From assembly GCA_018830295.1 (NCBI GenBank), contig JAHJSM010000001.1, positions 386,203 to 450,202 on the forward strand: a stretch of 64,000 nt of DNA, in the 5' to 3' direction. Position 1 is the stretch's first letter. Every line of letters begins with the position of its first letter. The notes under the pieces are model-generated. The model was not told where the DNA came from and searched no databases. It saw nothing but the letters and a program-made list of their open reading frames with translations. Source of the DNA: Patescibacteria group bacterium. GTDB lineage: Bacteria > Patescibacteriota > Minisyncoccia > Portnoybacterales > UBA2143. Positions 11,194 through 20,200 of the stretch are shown here, piece after piece. The translations under genes were made by a program, and so were the position numbers.

Positions 11194-12460
11194 AATTACC
11201 CAAATTTTCAAGATTAAGGACTTGCGCCAAAAGATTTTGTTCGTCTTGTTTATTTTGGTTGTTTTTCGCATCGTTGCCAACATTCCCGTGCCAGGCATTG
11301 ACATAGAACGACTAAGTCAGTTTTTTTCAAATAATCAGTTGTTTGGTCTTTTGAATATTTTCACGGGCGGAGCGATGAGTAATTTGTCAATTAGCATGCT
11401 TGGGCTTGGTCCGTACATCACGGCGACGATTATTATGCAATTATTAACGATGATTTTCCCCTCGTTGGAAGCGATTTACAAAGAAGAAGGGGAAGCGGGC
11501 AGGCAGAAGTTTAATCAGTACGGCAGAATGCTCACGGTTCCTTTGGCTGTCCTTCAATCATACGGAATGCTCACGCTTTTAAGTCGACAGGGAATTCTTG
11601 ATTCTTTGTCGGCTTTGCAATGGATTACTTCTATTACTGTTATTACGGCGGGGGCGGTATTTCTAATGTGGCTGGGCGAGATGATTTCAGAAAAAGGGAT
11701 TGGAAATGGAGTTTCTTTGCTAATTTTTGCGGGAATTATTTCCAGCGTTCCAATGTCAATCAGAGAATTGGCGGTTACTTATGATGTTTCTAAAATTCCT
11801 TCCTATCTTGCTTTTTTCGCTGTTGCTTTAGTTATTACGGCCGCCGTTGTGGTCATTACCGAAGGGCGGCGCAATATTCCCGTTTCTTACGCAAAACGAA
11901 TTCGGGGCAACAAGGTCTATGGCGGCGTTTCCACCTATTTGCCATTAAATGTTAATCCAGCGGGCGTTATTCCAATTATTTTCGCCTTGTCAATTATGCT
12001 TTTTCCTGGAATGGTCGCCGGGTTCTTGAGCGCTTCCAGTATTGGCTGGCTTGCGCGTATTTCGCAAATAGTGAGCGGACTTTTTGAAGACCCGTGGTTT
12101 TACGGAATTACATATTTCGCTTTAGTTGTTTTGTTCACATACTTTTACACGGCGGTCACTTTTGACCCAAATAATGTCTCTAATAATCTGCAAAAAATGG
12201 GCGGTTTTATTCCAGGCATCAGACCGGGCAAACCGACTGCCGCTTTTCTTTATTTTATCCTCAACCGCGTTCTTCTTTTTGGCGCCATTTCTTTGGGTCT
12301 CATCGCCGTTTTGCCGTCAATCATTCAAGGCGCGACAGGCATTACCGCCTTCGGTTTCGCCATTGGCGGAACAGCCCTGCTGATTGTCGTTTCCGTCGTC
12401 TTAGACACAATCCGCCAAGTCAATTCTCAACTGACAATGAGGGATTACGAGGGATTTTAA
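11177..12460 (+). CDS. secY: preprotein translocase subunit SecY
   Basis: Ten-TM SecY homology in the conserved position after rplO. Confidence 0.95.
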   Translation: MKWLNKITQIFKIKDLRQKILFVLFILVVFRIVANIPVPGIDIERLSQFFSNNQLFGLLNIFTGGAMSNLSISMLGLGPYITATIIMQLLTMIFPSLEAIYKEEGEAGRQKFNQYGRMLTVPLAVLQSYGMLTLLSRQGILDSLSALQWITSITVITAGAVFLMWLGEMISEKGIGNGVSLLIFAGIISSVPMSIRELAVTYDVSKIPSYLAFFAVALVITAAVVVITEGRRNIPVSYAKRIRGNKVYGGVSTYLPLNVNPAGVIPIIFALSIMLFPGMVAGFLSASSIGWLARISQIVSGLFEDPWFYGITYFALVVLFTYFYTAVTFDPNNVSNNLQKMGGFIPGIRPGKPTAAFLYFILNRVLLFGAISLGLIAVLPSIIQGATGITAFGFAIGGTALLIVVSVVLDTIRQVNSQLTMRDYEGF

Positions 12461-12463
12461 AAA

Positions 12464-12492
12464 TTGACAAAAATTTGGGCTGGAATTAGAAT
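12464..12492 (+). promoter_or_regulatory. sigma70-like promoter (TTGACA-17-TAGAAT) upstream of hicB
   Basis: Near-consensus -35 and -10 with a 17-nt spacer, read directly in the secY-hicB intergenic DNA. Confidence 0.5.
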
Positions 12493-12510
12493 AAGAATAA
12501 TAAAGAAATT

Positions 12511-12774
12511 ATGCGCGATAGAAAATTTTCATATAATATTATTTTGCGCCCAGAACCAGAAGGCGGATTTACGGTGACCGTTCCTAGTTTGCCTGGGTGT
12601 GTTACTTATGGTAAGAATTTAAAAGAAGCAAAAAAAATGGCAGAAGACGCGATAAAAGGATATTTAGTCAGTTTAAAAAAACACAACGAACCAATTCCAA
12701 GCGATGAAAACGATTTTATTGGTTCTGTTGATTTGGAAATTTCAGATATAAAGCGAAATCTCGCTTGCGCTTAA
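12511..12774 (+). CDS. hicB: HicB-family antitoxin
   Basis: …FTVTVPSLPGCVTYGKNLKEAKKMAEDAIKGYL… HicB/UPF0150 fold, immediately upstream of a HicA-like ORF. Confidence 0.75.
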   Translation: MRDRKFSYNIILRPEPEGGFTVTVPSLPGCVTYGKNLKEAKKMAEDAIKGYLVSLKKHNEPIPSDENDFIGSVDLEISDIKRNLACA

Positions 12775-12776
12775 TT

Positions 12777-13004
12777 ATGTCTAAATTGCCTGTTTTGACT
12801 TCCAAGAAACTAATCAAAATTCTCAAAGAAAAAGGTTTTGAAATAGATCATTCCACGGGAAGTCATTTTATTTTTCGTCATTCGCTTAATAGCAAAATGG
12901 TCACTGTCCCATTTAAAAATAAAGATATTCCCAAGGGAACAATTATAAGCATTTTAAGGCAAGTCGGTATTTCTAAAAATGATTTAATTAAATTCAAGCG
13001 TTAA
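12777..13004 (+). CDS. hicA: HicA-family mRNA interferase toxin
   Basis: MSKLPVLTSKKLIKILKEKGFEIDHSTGSHFIFRH… YcfA/HicA motif. Its start lies 2 nt after the hicB stop. Confidence 0.75.
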   Translation: MSKLPVLTSKKLIKILKEKGFEIDHSTGSHFIFRHSLNSKMVTVPFKNKDIPKGTIISILRQVGISKNDLIKFKR

Positions 13005-13005
13005 A

Positions 13006-13665
13006 ATGTCAAACCGACCTAAAATTATTATTCTATTCGGCCGTTCGGGGTGCGGCAAGGGAACGCAGGCGACTCGTTTGCGGGAGGAGTTTGGTTTTGA
13101 TTATTTAAGCAGTGGAGATTTGTTGCGAGAGAGGGCGAAAGATAACGATTTTTCGGGGTTAAAATTAAGAAAGGTCTTAAAAGACGGCGAACTAGCGCCG
13201 TCCTTTTTAATGTTTCAAATTTGGAGCGCGAAAGTTGAGGAAATAAAAAACAAAAATGTTTTAGAAGGTCTCATTATTGACGGAAGCCCGCGCGCGCTGG
13301 CGGAAGCGAAACTAATGGACGATGTTTTTGAGTGGTATGAATGGAAAGACATCAAAGTTTTTTTAATAGATATTTCAGAAGAAGAAGCGTTTGGGCGTTT
13401 GACTAAAAGGCGCGTCTGCAAAGATTGCAGACGGATTATTCCCTGGGTGGACGACCTTAAGAATTTAAAAAAATGCGATAAATGCGGCGGAGAATTAGAA
13501 ACGCGTTCCGACGACAAACCCGAGGCGATTCAAGCCCGTCTTGATTATTACAAAAAAGATGTCCAGCCAGTAGTTGACTACTACGAAAAAAGAGGCGCTT
13601 TAATTAGAATCAACGGCGAACAAACCATAGAGAAGGTTTATGAGGATATAAGAAAACTACTATGA
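13006..13665 (+). CDS. adk: adenylate kinase (zinc-lid type)
   Basis: GRSGCGKGTQA P-loop and the CKDC…CDKC lid. Confidence 0.95.
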   Translation: MSNRPKIIILFGRSGCGKGTQATRLREEFGFDYLSSGDLLRERAKDNDFSGLKLRKVLKDGELAPSFLMFQIWSAKVEEIKNKNVLEGLIIDGSPRALAEAKLMDDVFEWYEWKDIKVFLIDISEEEAFGRLTKRRVCKDCRRIIPWVDDLKNLKKCDKCGGELETRSDDKPEAIQARLDYYKKDVQPVVDYYEKRGALIRINGEQTIEKVYEDIRKLL

Positions 13666-14405
13666 TCTCCATAAAAACACCTCAAGAAATTGAAATAATG
13701 ACTCAAGCAGGCAAGATTTTGGCTGGGATTATTAGGGAATTGAAAAACAAGGTTGAACCGGGGATAACGACCAAAGAATTGGACAATCTCGCGGAGAAAC
13801 TTATTTCAAACGCCGGCGCCAAGCCGGCTTTTAAGGGCTATCGGGGCTTTCCCGCCGCTTTGTGCGCTTCAATTAACGAACAAATTGTTCACGGCGTTCC
13901 TTCTGGCAGAAAATTGGTTGAGGGAGATATTCTAAGTTTGGACTTGGGTATTCTTTACAATGATTTTTATTCCGATATGGCGGCGACAGTTCCGGTTGGC
14001 GCGATTGACCCGGAAGTTGGCCGTTTAATTAAAGCGACTAAAAAATCGCTCAAAAGAGCGATTGGCAGGGTTAAACAGGGCAAAACAATTGGCGATATCG
14101 CCCAAGCGGTCCAAAGTCACGCTGAAGGACAGGGGTTTCAAGTCGTCCGTGAACTCTGCGGACACGGCATCGGTCGCCGCCTCCACGAAGACCCGGAAAT
14201 TCCCAATTTCGGACAAAGACACAAAGGACCCGAATTAAAAGTCGGCATGGTTCTGGCGATTGAGCCAATGCTCACCATAGGAAAGCCGAAAATAAAAAAG
14301 GGCCCCGATGGCTTTGTCTACCAAACAGCCGACAACAGCATCTCCGCCCACTTCGAACATACCATTGCCGTAACAGAAAGAGGGGCGAGGGTGCTTACAG
14401 AATAA
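13662..14405 (+). CDS. map: methionine aminopeptidase type I
   Basis: Metal-ligand motifs (…DLGILYNDFYSDMA…, …CGHGIGR…HE…). Confidence 0.95.
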   Translation: MISIKTPQEIEIMTQAGKILAGIIRELKNKVEPGITTKELDNLAEKLISNAGAKPAFKGYRGFPAALCASINEQIVHGVPSGRKLVEGDILSLDLGILYNDFYSDMAATVPVGAIDPEVGRLIKATKKSLKRAIGRVKQGKTIGDIAQAVQSHAEGQGFQVVRELCGHGIGRRLHEDPEIPNFGQRHKGPELKVGMVLAIEPMLTIGKPKIKKGPDGFVYQTADNSISAHFEHTIAVTERGARVLTE

Positions 14406-14411
14406 GGTTCC

Positions 14412-14485
14412 GGGGACAGTCCCCCAGAGGGGACTGTCCCCTTGGGATTAAAATGGGGGCTGCCCCCGCAACGGGGGCAGCCCCC
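14412..14485. repeat. composite palindromic mini-element (type A pair plus type B pair)
   Basis: GGGGACAGTCCCCCAGAGGGGACTGTCCCC … GGGGGCTGCCCCCGCAACGGGGGCAGCCCCC. Confidence 0.9.
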
Positions 14486-14513
14486 ATTCATCGTCCCCAA
14501 ACATCTAAAAAAT

Positions 14514-14542
14514 TTGACAAATAACGAAAGATAACATATAAT
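14514..14542 (+). promoter_or_regulatory. perfect-consensus sigma70 promoter (TTGACA-17-TATAAT) for the cassette gene
   Basis: Exact consensus hexamers with a 17-nt spacer. Followed by a ~70-nt leader and an AAAGGAGG Shine-Dalgarno. Confidence 0.6.
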
Positions 14543-14613
14543 TTTACACAAGTAGGGTCTGCTGATTTTCAGCGGAAAATTGTATCTTAAAAATTGGATA
14601 AAGGAGGTTTGTT

Positions 14614-15330
14614 ATGACGACGAGAAAATTTGTTGTTACAGACGAACAAGAGAAGATTTTTCACAAAAGGCGGCGAGAACTGGAAAATAGGTTTTTCAAG
14701 GGTGCCTTAAATCCAGAAGATGTAAATCAAGGCTTACAGATGCTTATTGAGGGGCGAAAAGTAATAGTTTTTAAGGAGAAACCAAACATTCCGGCTTTAA
14801 TTGTTGACTGGCGAAACTTCTACAGCGAACTTGGAATTGAAGCAGATTTTTCAAACCTGCAAATTCCAAACAAGCAAAAAGGTTTTGACCATCTGATTAT
14901 CGTGGCGAAAGAAATGACACCGCAATTGCTCTACGACAAATGCGAAGAACTATTCCCCTGTTGGAAATGGACAGACAAGAATTTGGATGAAATTGTAGAA
15001 TCCGAAAGAACAGCCAAAAATGGCGCCTACGCCATTTGGGTCAGAGACAGAGTTGAAGCGGATGAAGAATTAAAAAATCTATCTGCTGACGACCTAAAAA
15101 ACAAAAACATTCCAGGCATTACTTTGGAAGAGCGACTCATTCACGAGCTCAAGTATTTCAAAGAAACTGGCAAACACTTAGATAGAGATAATGTTACTCT
15201 TTGCGCGGGTTCGCGCTATTCTGATGGCCATGTGCCGGGTGTCGACTGGTACGGTGGCAGGCTCGAGGTCGGCTGGCGCTCTCCTGACCGTCGCGGTGGC
15301 TTTTTGCGCGCTCGTCGGGCAGTTTCTTAA
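14614..15330 (+). CDS. hypothetical protein (238 aa), a repeat-flanked cassette gene replacing the infA…rplQ block
   Basis: Strong Shine-Dalgarno and ATG. No domain I can recognise. The last ~100 nt are conspicuously GC-rich compared with the rest of the window. Confidence 0.5.
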   Translation: MTTRKFVVTDEQEKIFHKRRRELENRFFKGALNPEDVNQGLQMLIEGRKVIVFKEKPNIPALIVDWRNFYSELGIEADFSNLQIPNKQKGFDHLIIVAKEMTPQLLYDKCEELFPCWKWTDKNLDEIVESERTAKNGAYAIWVRDRVEADEELKNLSADDLKNKNIPGITLEERLIHELKYFKETGKHLDRDNVTLCAGSRYSDGHVPGVDWYGGRLEVGWRSPDRRGGFLRARRAVS

Positions 15331-15372
15331 CCTTGTACCTTTTATCTTTTAACCTTTTCAAAAACAAAAAAA

Positions 15373-15404
15373 GCCGCTCTTTATAAAGAAGAGTGGCTTT
15401 TTTT
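15373..15404 (+). terminator. rho-independent terminator
   Basis: GCCGCTCTT-TATAAAG-AAGAGTGGC hairpin followed by TTTTTTT. Confidence 0.7.
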
Positions 15405-15409
15405 ATTCC

Positions 15410-15465
15410 GGGGACTGTCCCCTTGGGATTAAAACGGGGGCTGCCCCCGCAACGGGGGCAGCCCC
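15410..15465. repeat. composite palindromic mini-element, right flank of the cassette
   Basis: GGGGACTGTCCCCTTGGGATTAAAACGGGGGCTGCCCCCGCAACGGGGGCAGCCCCC. Near-identical to the left-flank copy, including the TTGGGATTAAAA linker. Confidence 0.9.
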
Positions 15466-15481
15466 CAAACCCTGCCTTAAA

Positions 15482-17257
15482 CTACTTCTTCCCCTCAATC
15501 TCTTCCCTCATTTTCTCAATAAACTTCCCAACTTCCATCGCGCCGAGATTGCCTTTTTGTCTTTGGCGGGGGGCGATGGTTTTTGATTTTTCTTCTTTTT
15601 CGCCGACGATAAGGAGGTAGGGGATTTTTTGCGTTTCGCCTGCGCGAATTTTTTTGCCAAGCGTTTCGTCGCTCTCGTCAATTTCAACGCGGATATTTTC
15701 TTTCTTTAATTGTTTGGCGACCTCCTTGGCGTATTTGTTGAATTTCTCGCTGATGGGGATAATTCGCGCTTGGACGGGAGCGAGCCAAACAGGGAAGGCG
15801 CCCGCAAAATGTTCAATCAATAACGCTAAAAATCTCTCATAAGACCCAAGGATGGCGCGATGAACCATAACGGGGTTTACTTCTCTGCCTTTCTCGTCGA
15901 TATAAGTCAAATCAAAGCGTTTGGGCGTGGCAAAATCCAACTGAACGGTCGGAATTTGTATTTCTTTGCCCAATGAATCCTTGAACATAAAATCAAGTTT
16001 TGGCCCATATAAAGCGGCTTCACCTTCCATCCTTTTTGCGTCTAATTTCATTTCGTCGGCGACTTCAGCCAAGATTTTTTCACATTTATCCCAATCCTTT
16101 GAATCTCCTATATATTTTTCGGGGTGGTCATAGTCCCTTAACGACAAAGACACCCAATGGTTCTCCCAAAGACCCAAGGCGGTATAGAATTCTTTAATAA
16201 TATTGACCATATTTTTAATTTCATCTTTAACTTGGTCAATTTTACAAAAAGAATGTCCGTCTTCAACTGTAATCGCGTAAACTCTATTTAAGCCACCGAC
16301 TTCCCCCGTTTTTTCGGCTCGGTATTGTTTCTCTGATTCCATATATCTGATCGGTAAATCGCGATAAGACCTTGTCCTTGAAGCGTAAATCTGCGTTTGA
16401 TGAGGGCATTGAACCGGCTTCATGGCGAATTTATGTCCTTTTTCCGAAGTGACATGAAAAAGTTCTTCGCTGAATTTTTTGGCGTGTCCCGAAAGTTCAA
16501 ATAATTCTATTTTGGCCAAATGAGGAGTCATTACTTTTTCAAAACCGTAATTTCTACAAACCGATTCAATATGTTTTTTTAATTCGTCAATTATAATTAC
16601 CCCCTTAGGCGTGAATAAAGGCAATCCTGGACCAACCAAATCGGAAAAAACAAATAAATCTAATTCTTTGCCTAATTTTCGATGGTCTCTCTTTTTCGCT
16701 TCTTCCACCATCGCTTGATATTCGTCCAATTCTTTTTTGCTTTCAAAGGCGATGCCGTAAATCCGCGTCAGCATTTTATTTTTTTCGTCGCCTCTCCAAT
16801 AAGCGCCGGCGATTTTCGTTAATTTAAAAGTGTCTAATTTAATTTCTTTAGTTGAAGAAACATGAGGGCCAAGACAAAGGTCAGTGAAGTCGCCGGTCTT
16901 GTAGATAGTGACCTTTTCTAAATCTTGAATCAATTCCACCTTATACGGCTGTTTTAATTTTTTGAATAATTTAATTGCTTCTTCAGCGTTTAATTCTTCT
17001 TTTTCAAATTTTACGCCTCTTTGAATTAGTCCTCTCATCGCTTTTTCTATCTTAGGCAGGTCATCAGGGGACAGTCCCTGCTTTGCGGGGACTGTCCCCG
17101 TAAAATCTGTCCCCGTAAAATCTATATCATAATAAAATCCGTTTTCAATAATTGGACCAATGCCAAACTTCGCCTCCGGATAAAGTTTTTGAACAGCCGC
17201 GGCGAGAATATGAGCCAAAGAATGGCGAATGATTTCAATTTTTAGTAGTTTAAACAT
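15482..17257 (-). CDS. thrS: threonyl-tRNA synthetase carrying an in-frame palindromic-element insertion
   Basis: Class II motifs and the editing-domain HxxxH. The repeat at 17067-17099 is translated as …DFTGTDFTGTVPAKQG…. Confidence 0.9.
   Translation of the reverse strand: MFKLLKIEIIRHSLAHILAAAVQKLYPEAKFGIGPIIENGFYYDIDFTGTDFTGTVPAKQGLSPDDLPKIEKAMRGLIQRGVKFEKEELNAEEAIKLFKKLKQPYKVELIQDLEKVTIYKTGDFTDLCLGPHVSSTKEIKLDTFKLTKIAGAYWRGDEKNKMLTRIYGIAFESKKELDEYQAMVEEAKKRDHRKLGKELDLFVFSDLVGPGLPLFTPKGVIIIDELKKHIESVCRNYGFEKVMTPHLAKIELFELSGHAKKFSEELFHVTSEKGHKFAMKPVQCPHQTQIYASRTRSYRDLPIRYMESEKQYRAEKTGEVGGLNRVYAITVEDGHSFCKIDQVKDEIKNMVNIIKEFYTALGLWENHWVSLSLRDYDHPEKYIGDSKDWDKCEKILAEVADEMKLDAKRMEGEAALYGPKLDFMFKDSLGKEIQIPTVQLDFATPKRFDLTYIDEKGREVNPVMVHRAILGSYERFLALLIEHFAGAFPVWLAPVQARIIPISEKFNKYAKEVAKQLKKENIRVEIDESDETLGKKIRAGETQKIPYLLIVGEKEEKSKTIAPRQRQKGNLGAMEVGKFIEKMREEIEGKK
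17067..17099. repeat. type A palindromic element inside thrS
   Basis: GGGGACAGTCCCTGCTTTGCGGGGACTGTCCCC, followed by two copies of CCCGTAAAATC. Confidence 0.85.
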
Positions 17258-17260
17258 AAT

Positions 17261-20200
17261 TTACTCTATTACTTTAACACTATCGCAAAGTATCTTCAAG
17301 TCGTCGTTTCGGTCGCTTAGACGACCTCCAAGAAGGACAATCGTCTCTTCTTGCCAGATATCGGGGTTTTTCGCAAGGACGCTTGGGAAAACCAACGCTT
17401 CTATTCGTCCAGTCATATCCTCAATTTCAACAAAAAGCATCGGTTGTCCTGTTCGCGTATTAATTCTTTTAATACGGTTAATAATACCTCCGACTTTAAT
17501 TCTAGTGCCAGCGTGGTTTTTGGAAATACTCTGGCATTTTATAGTTTTTCCCGCCAATTGTTTTTGATACGCTTTAAGGGGGTGTTCGGAAATATACAAA
17601 CCGAGCAGTTCTTTTTCCCAACCAAGCAGTTCTTTTTTTTCCGCGGGAGGGGCGGACGGCAATTTGAAAGACGGCGCGACCATTGGTTGGTCGCTAAACA
17701 AACTGATTTGTCCGTTCGCTTTGTTTTTTTGCGATTCGCGCGCCAAATTTAACATCATTTCAACAGCGTTCAAAAGTTGATTTCTTTCTCCAAAGGCGTC
17801 AAACGCGCCGCATTTAACCAAACTTTCCAGCGATTTCTTATTAAGGTCTTTTGAATTAACTCTTTCCAAGAAATCGGTGATTGATTTGAAGGCGCCGTTT
17901 GTTTTTCTTTCTTCAACAATAGCATGAACGACATTATCACCCACATTTTTGACCGCTTTTAAACCAAACCTAATGATTCTATCTCCCGCCTTGGTGAAAT
18001 CGTGGTTACTTTCATTAATGTCAGGAGGTAAAACTTTGACGCCTATTTGGTTACATTCATCAACCAAAAAAGAAATTCTTTCAATATCGTTTTGGTCGGA
18101 GGTCATGACGGCCGCCATAAATTCGGTTGGGTAGTGGGCTTTAAGATAGGCGGTTTGGTAGCCGATTAGGGCGTAGCAAGTCGCATGGGCGGCGTTAAAT
18201 CCATAGCCAGCGAACGGTTCTACCATCTGCCAGACCTTTTCGGCGATTTGACGGCTGATATTATTCTTAATCATTCCGTCAATCATTTTCTTCGCTTGCT
18301 CGTCCAAAAGTTTCTTAATTTTCTTTCCAACCGCTTTGCGAAGCGTATCCGCCTCAGCCGGAGTAAAAAGCGACAAATCGCGCGCGATTCTCATCAACTG
18401 TTCTTGATATACGCAATTGTGTACAATAATGTTGTTGGCAATAAAATTATGTGTTCCTTCCACTTCTAAATCATAAACATTTTCTTTTCCTTTACGCCGA
18501 ATAGAAGCAATGTCTTCCCATCTCGCATGTTTGTTTTGGCATAGATTTATTAATTCTTTATCTTTAAGGAAATAAGCGATTTTATTCGCTACTTGCAAAT
18601 TTAAGCGATTTTTTATTTTTCCTTCTTTGCCAAAAAATCCCTTTCGACTTATCTTCAAAATATTTGAGAGAGATCGTTGCGAAATGGAATATTTTTTTTG
18701 ATATTCAATAATTTTTTTAAGAAACGGTTTTCTCGGAACAAATTCCTTGCAATCTTCTATTGGTCGCTTTAAATATTCAGCAAGTCGTTTTTTCTTATCA
18801 GTTATCATTAGATGGCCTATTTGATTATAGAATTCTCGCAAATTGTAAATAATTATCCGATAAGATTGTATCATCTCATCGCGCTGGTTTTTATATTTTT
18901 CCACTCTGTAGATATGACTGTTGATGCCTAATTTTAATAAAAGAGTTTGGAGATCGTAAATAATTCTTTTGGAAATCGCGGTTAGATAGGCGGATTTTAG
19001 CGATATCCCGCCATCGCAGTCCCAAAAAGTCGCTAAAAACGCCGCGATACATTGATTATCTAATTCAAAGACAAATTTTGGTATAAATTTGTCAACTGAC
19101 TTTTTGCCGCCTTTTTTATCTTTCAACCCCAACTCTCTCATCCATTCCAACAAACTATTAGGTTGATGGTATTTGGTGGTAATTTTCTTTGATGGATTGG
19201 CGCGCTTGACGCCTCTAATATGTTCGCTGAATGTGATTTTTAGATTATCAAAGGCGTTAGCGCGTTTTTTGAAATCGTTTAATATTTTTTCGTCTTTATT
19301 AACTAAATAGCACGAATTATGGTTTGACAGAGCGCCGTCGGCGATTAAATATGCCAAAACCTTGAGTTTGTCTTCGTTGAATTTCTTTATTCCGGAAAAA
19401 AGTTTTTTAGGGGTCATGATAAAGTCGCCCTTTTCCAGATTTTTTAATTTTTTCCATCCATCCGGAGTTAAAAATTCATGGTCGGCAGTAGCTTTGATTT
19501 GTTTTCCTGTTCGCAATCGAATTTCATAAACATTTTTTATCCCGTTAATAAATTTATTAATAATTTTCTTTTTGACGAAAGATTTTCCGTTCCATGATTG
19601 AACATAAAGTTGCTTAGAAGAACCAATCGCTTCGTCTATGCGCAATATTCCGCCAGGATTTGCTTCTTGGACAAAAGAGTCGCCAGTAACACAAACGCCG
19701 TAAGTGTTTTTTAGGATTGGTTCAAGGAGTGGGTGGATGTATCTGACTTCTTTTAGTCCATGCTTGCGGGCGATGAAGTCGGGGATAAATTCCATTGGAC
19801 CGGGGCGGTAAAGCGCGACCATAGCGACAATATCCTCAAATTGGGTTGGCTTTAATTCTCTTAAATATCTCTTCATTCCGTTTGATTCCAATTGGAAGAC
19901 GCCAGTCGTGTTTGCTTCCTGAAAGACCTTGAATGTTTCTTCGTCGTCCATGGGGATATTAGCCAAATCAATATCTTTTCCGATTAATTCTTTAATTTGT
20001 CGAAGCGCGTTTTGAATAATCGTCAAAGTTTTTAACCCGAGAAAATCCATTTTTAAGAGGCCTAATTGTTCAATCGCGTGCATTTCATATTGTGTCACGA
20101 TCGTTTGGTCATCTTTGCCGGAGCGTTGGCAGGGAACCATATCATCAAGCGGTTCTTTCGTAATCACAACCCCGGCAGCGTGGGTTGAGGCGTGGCGGAC

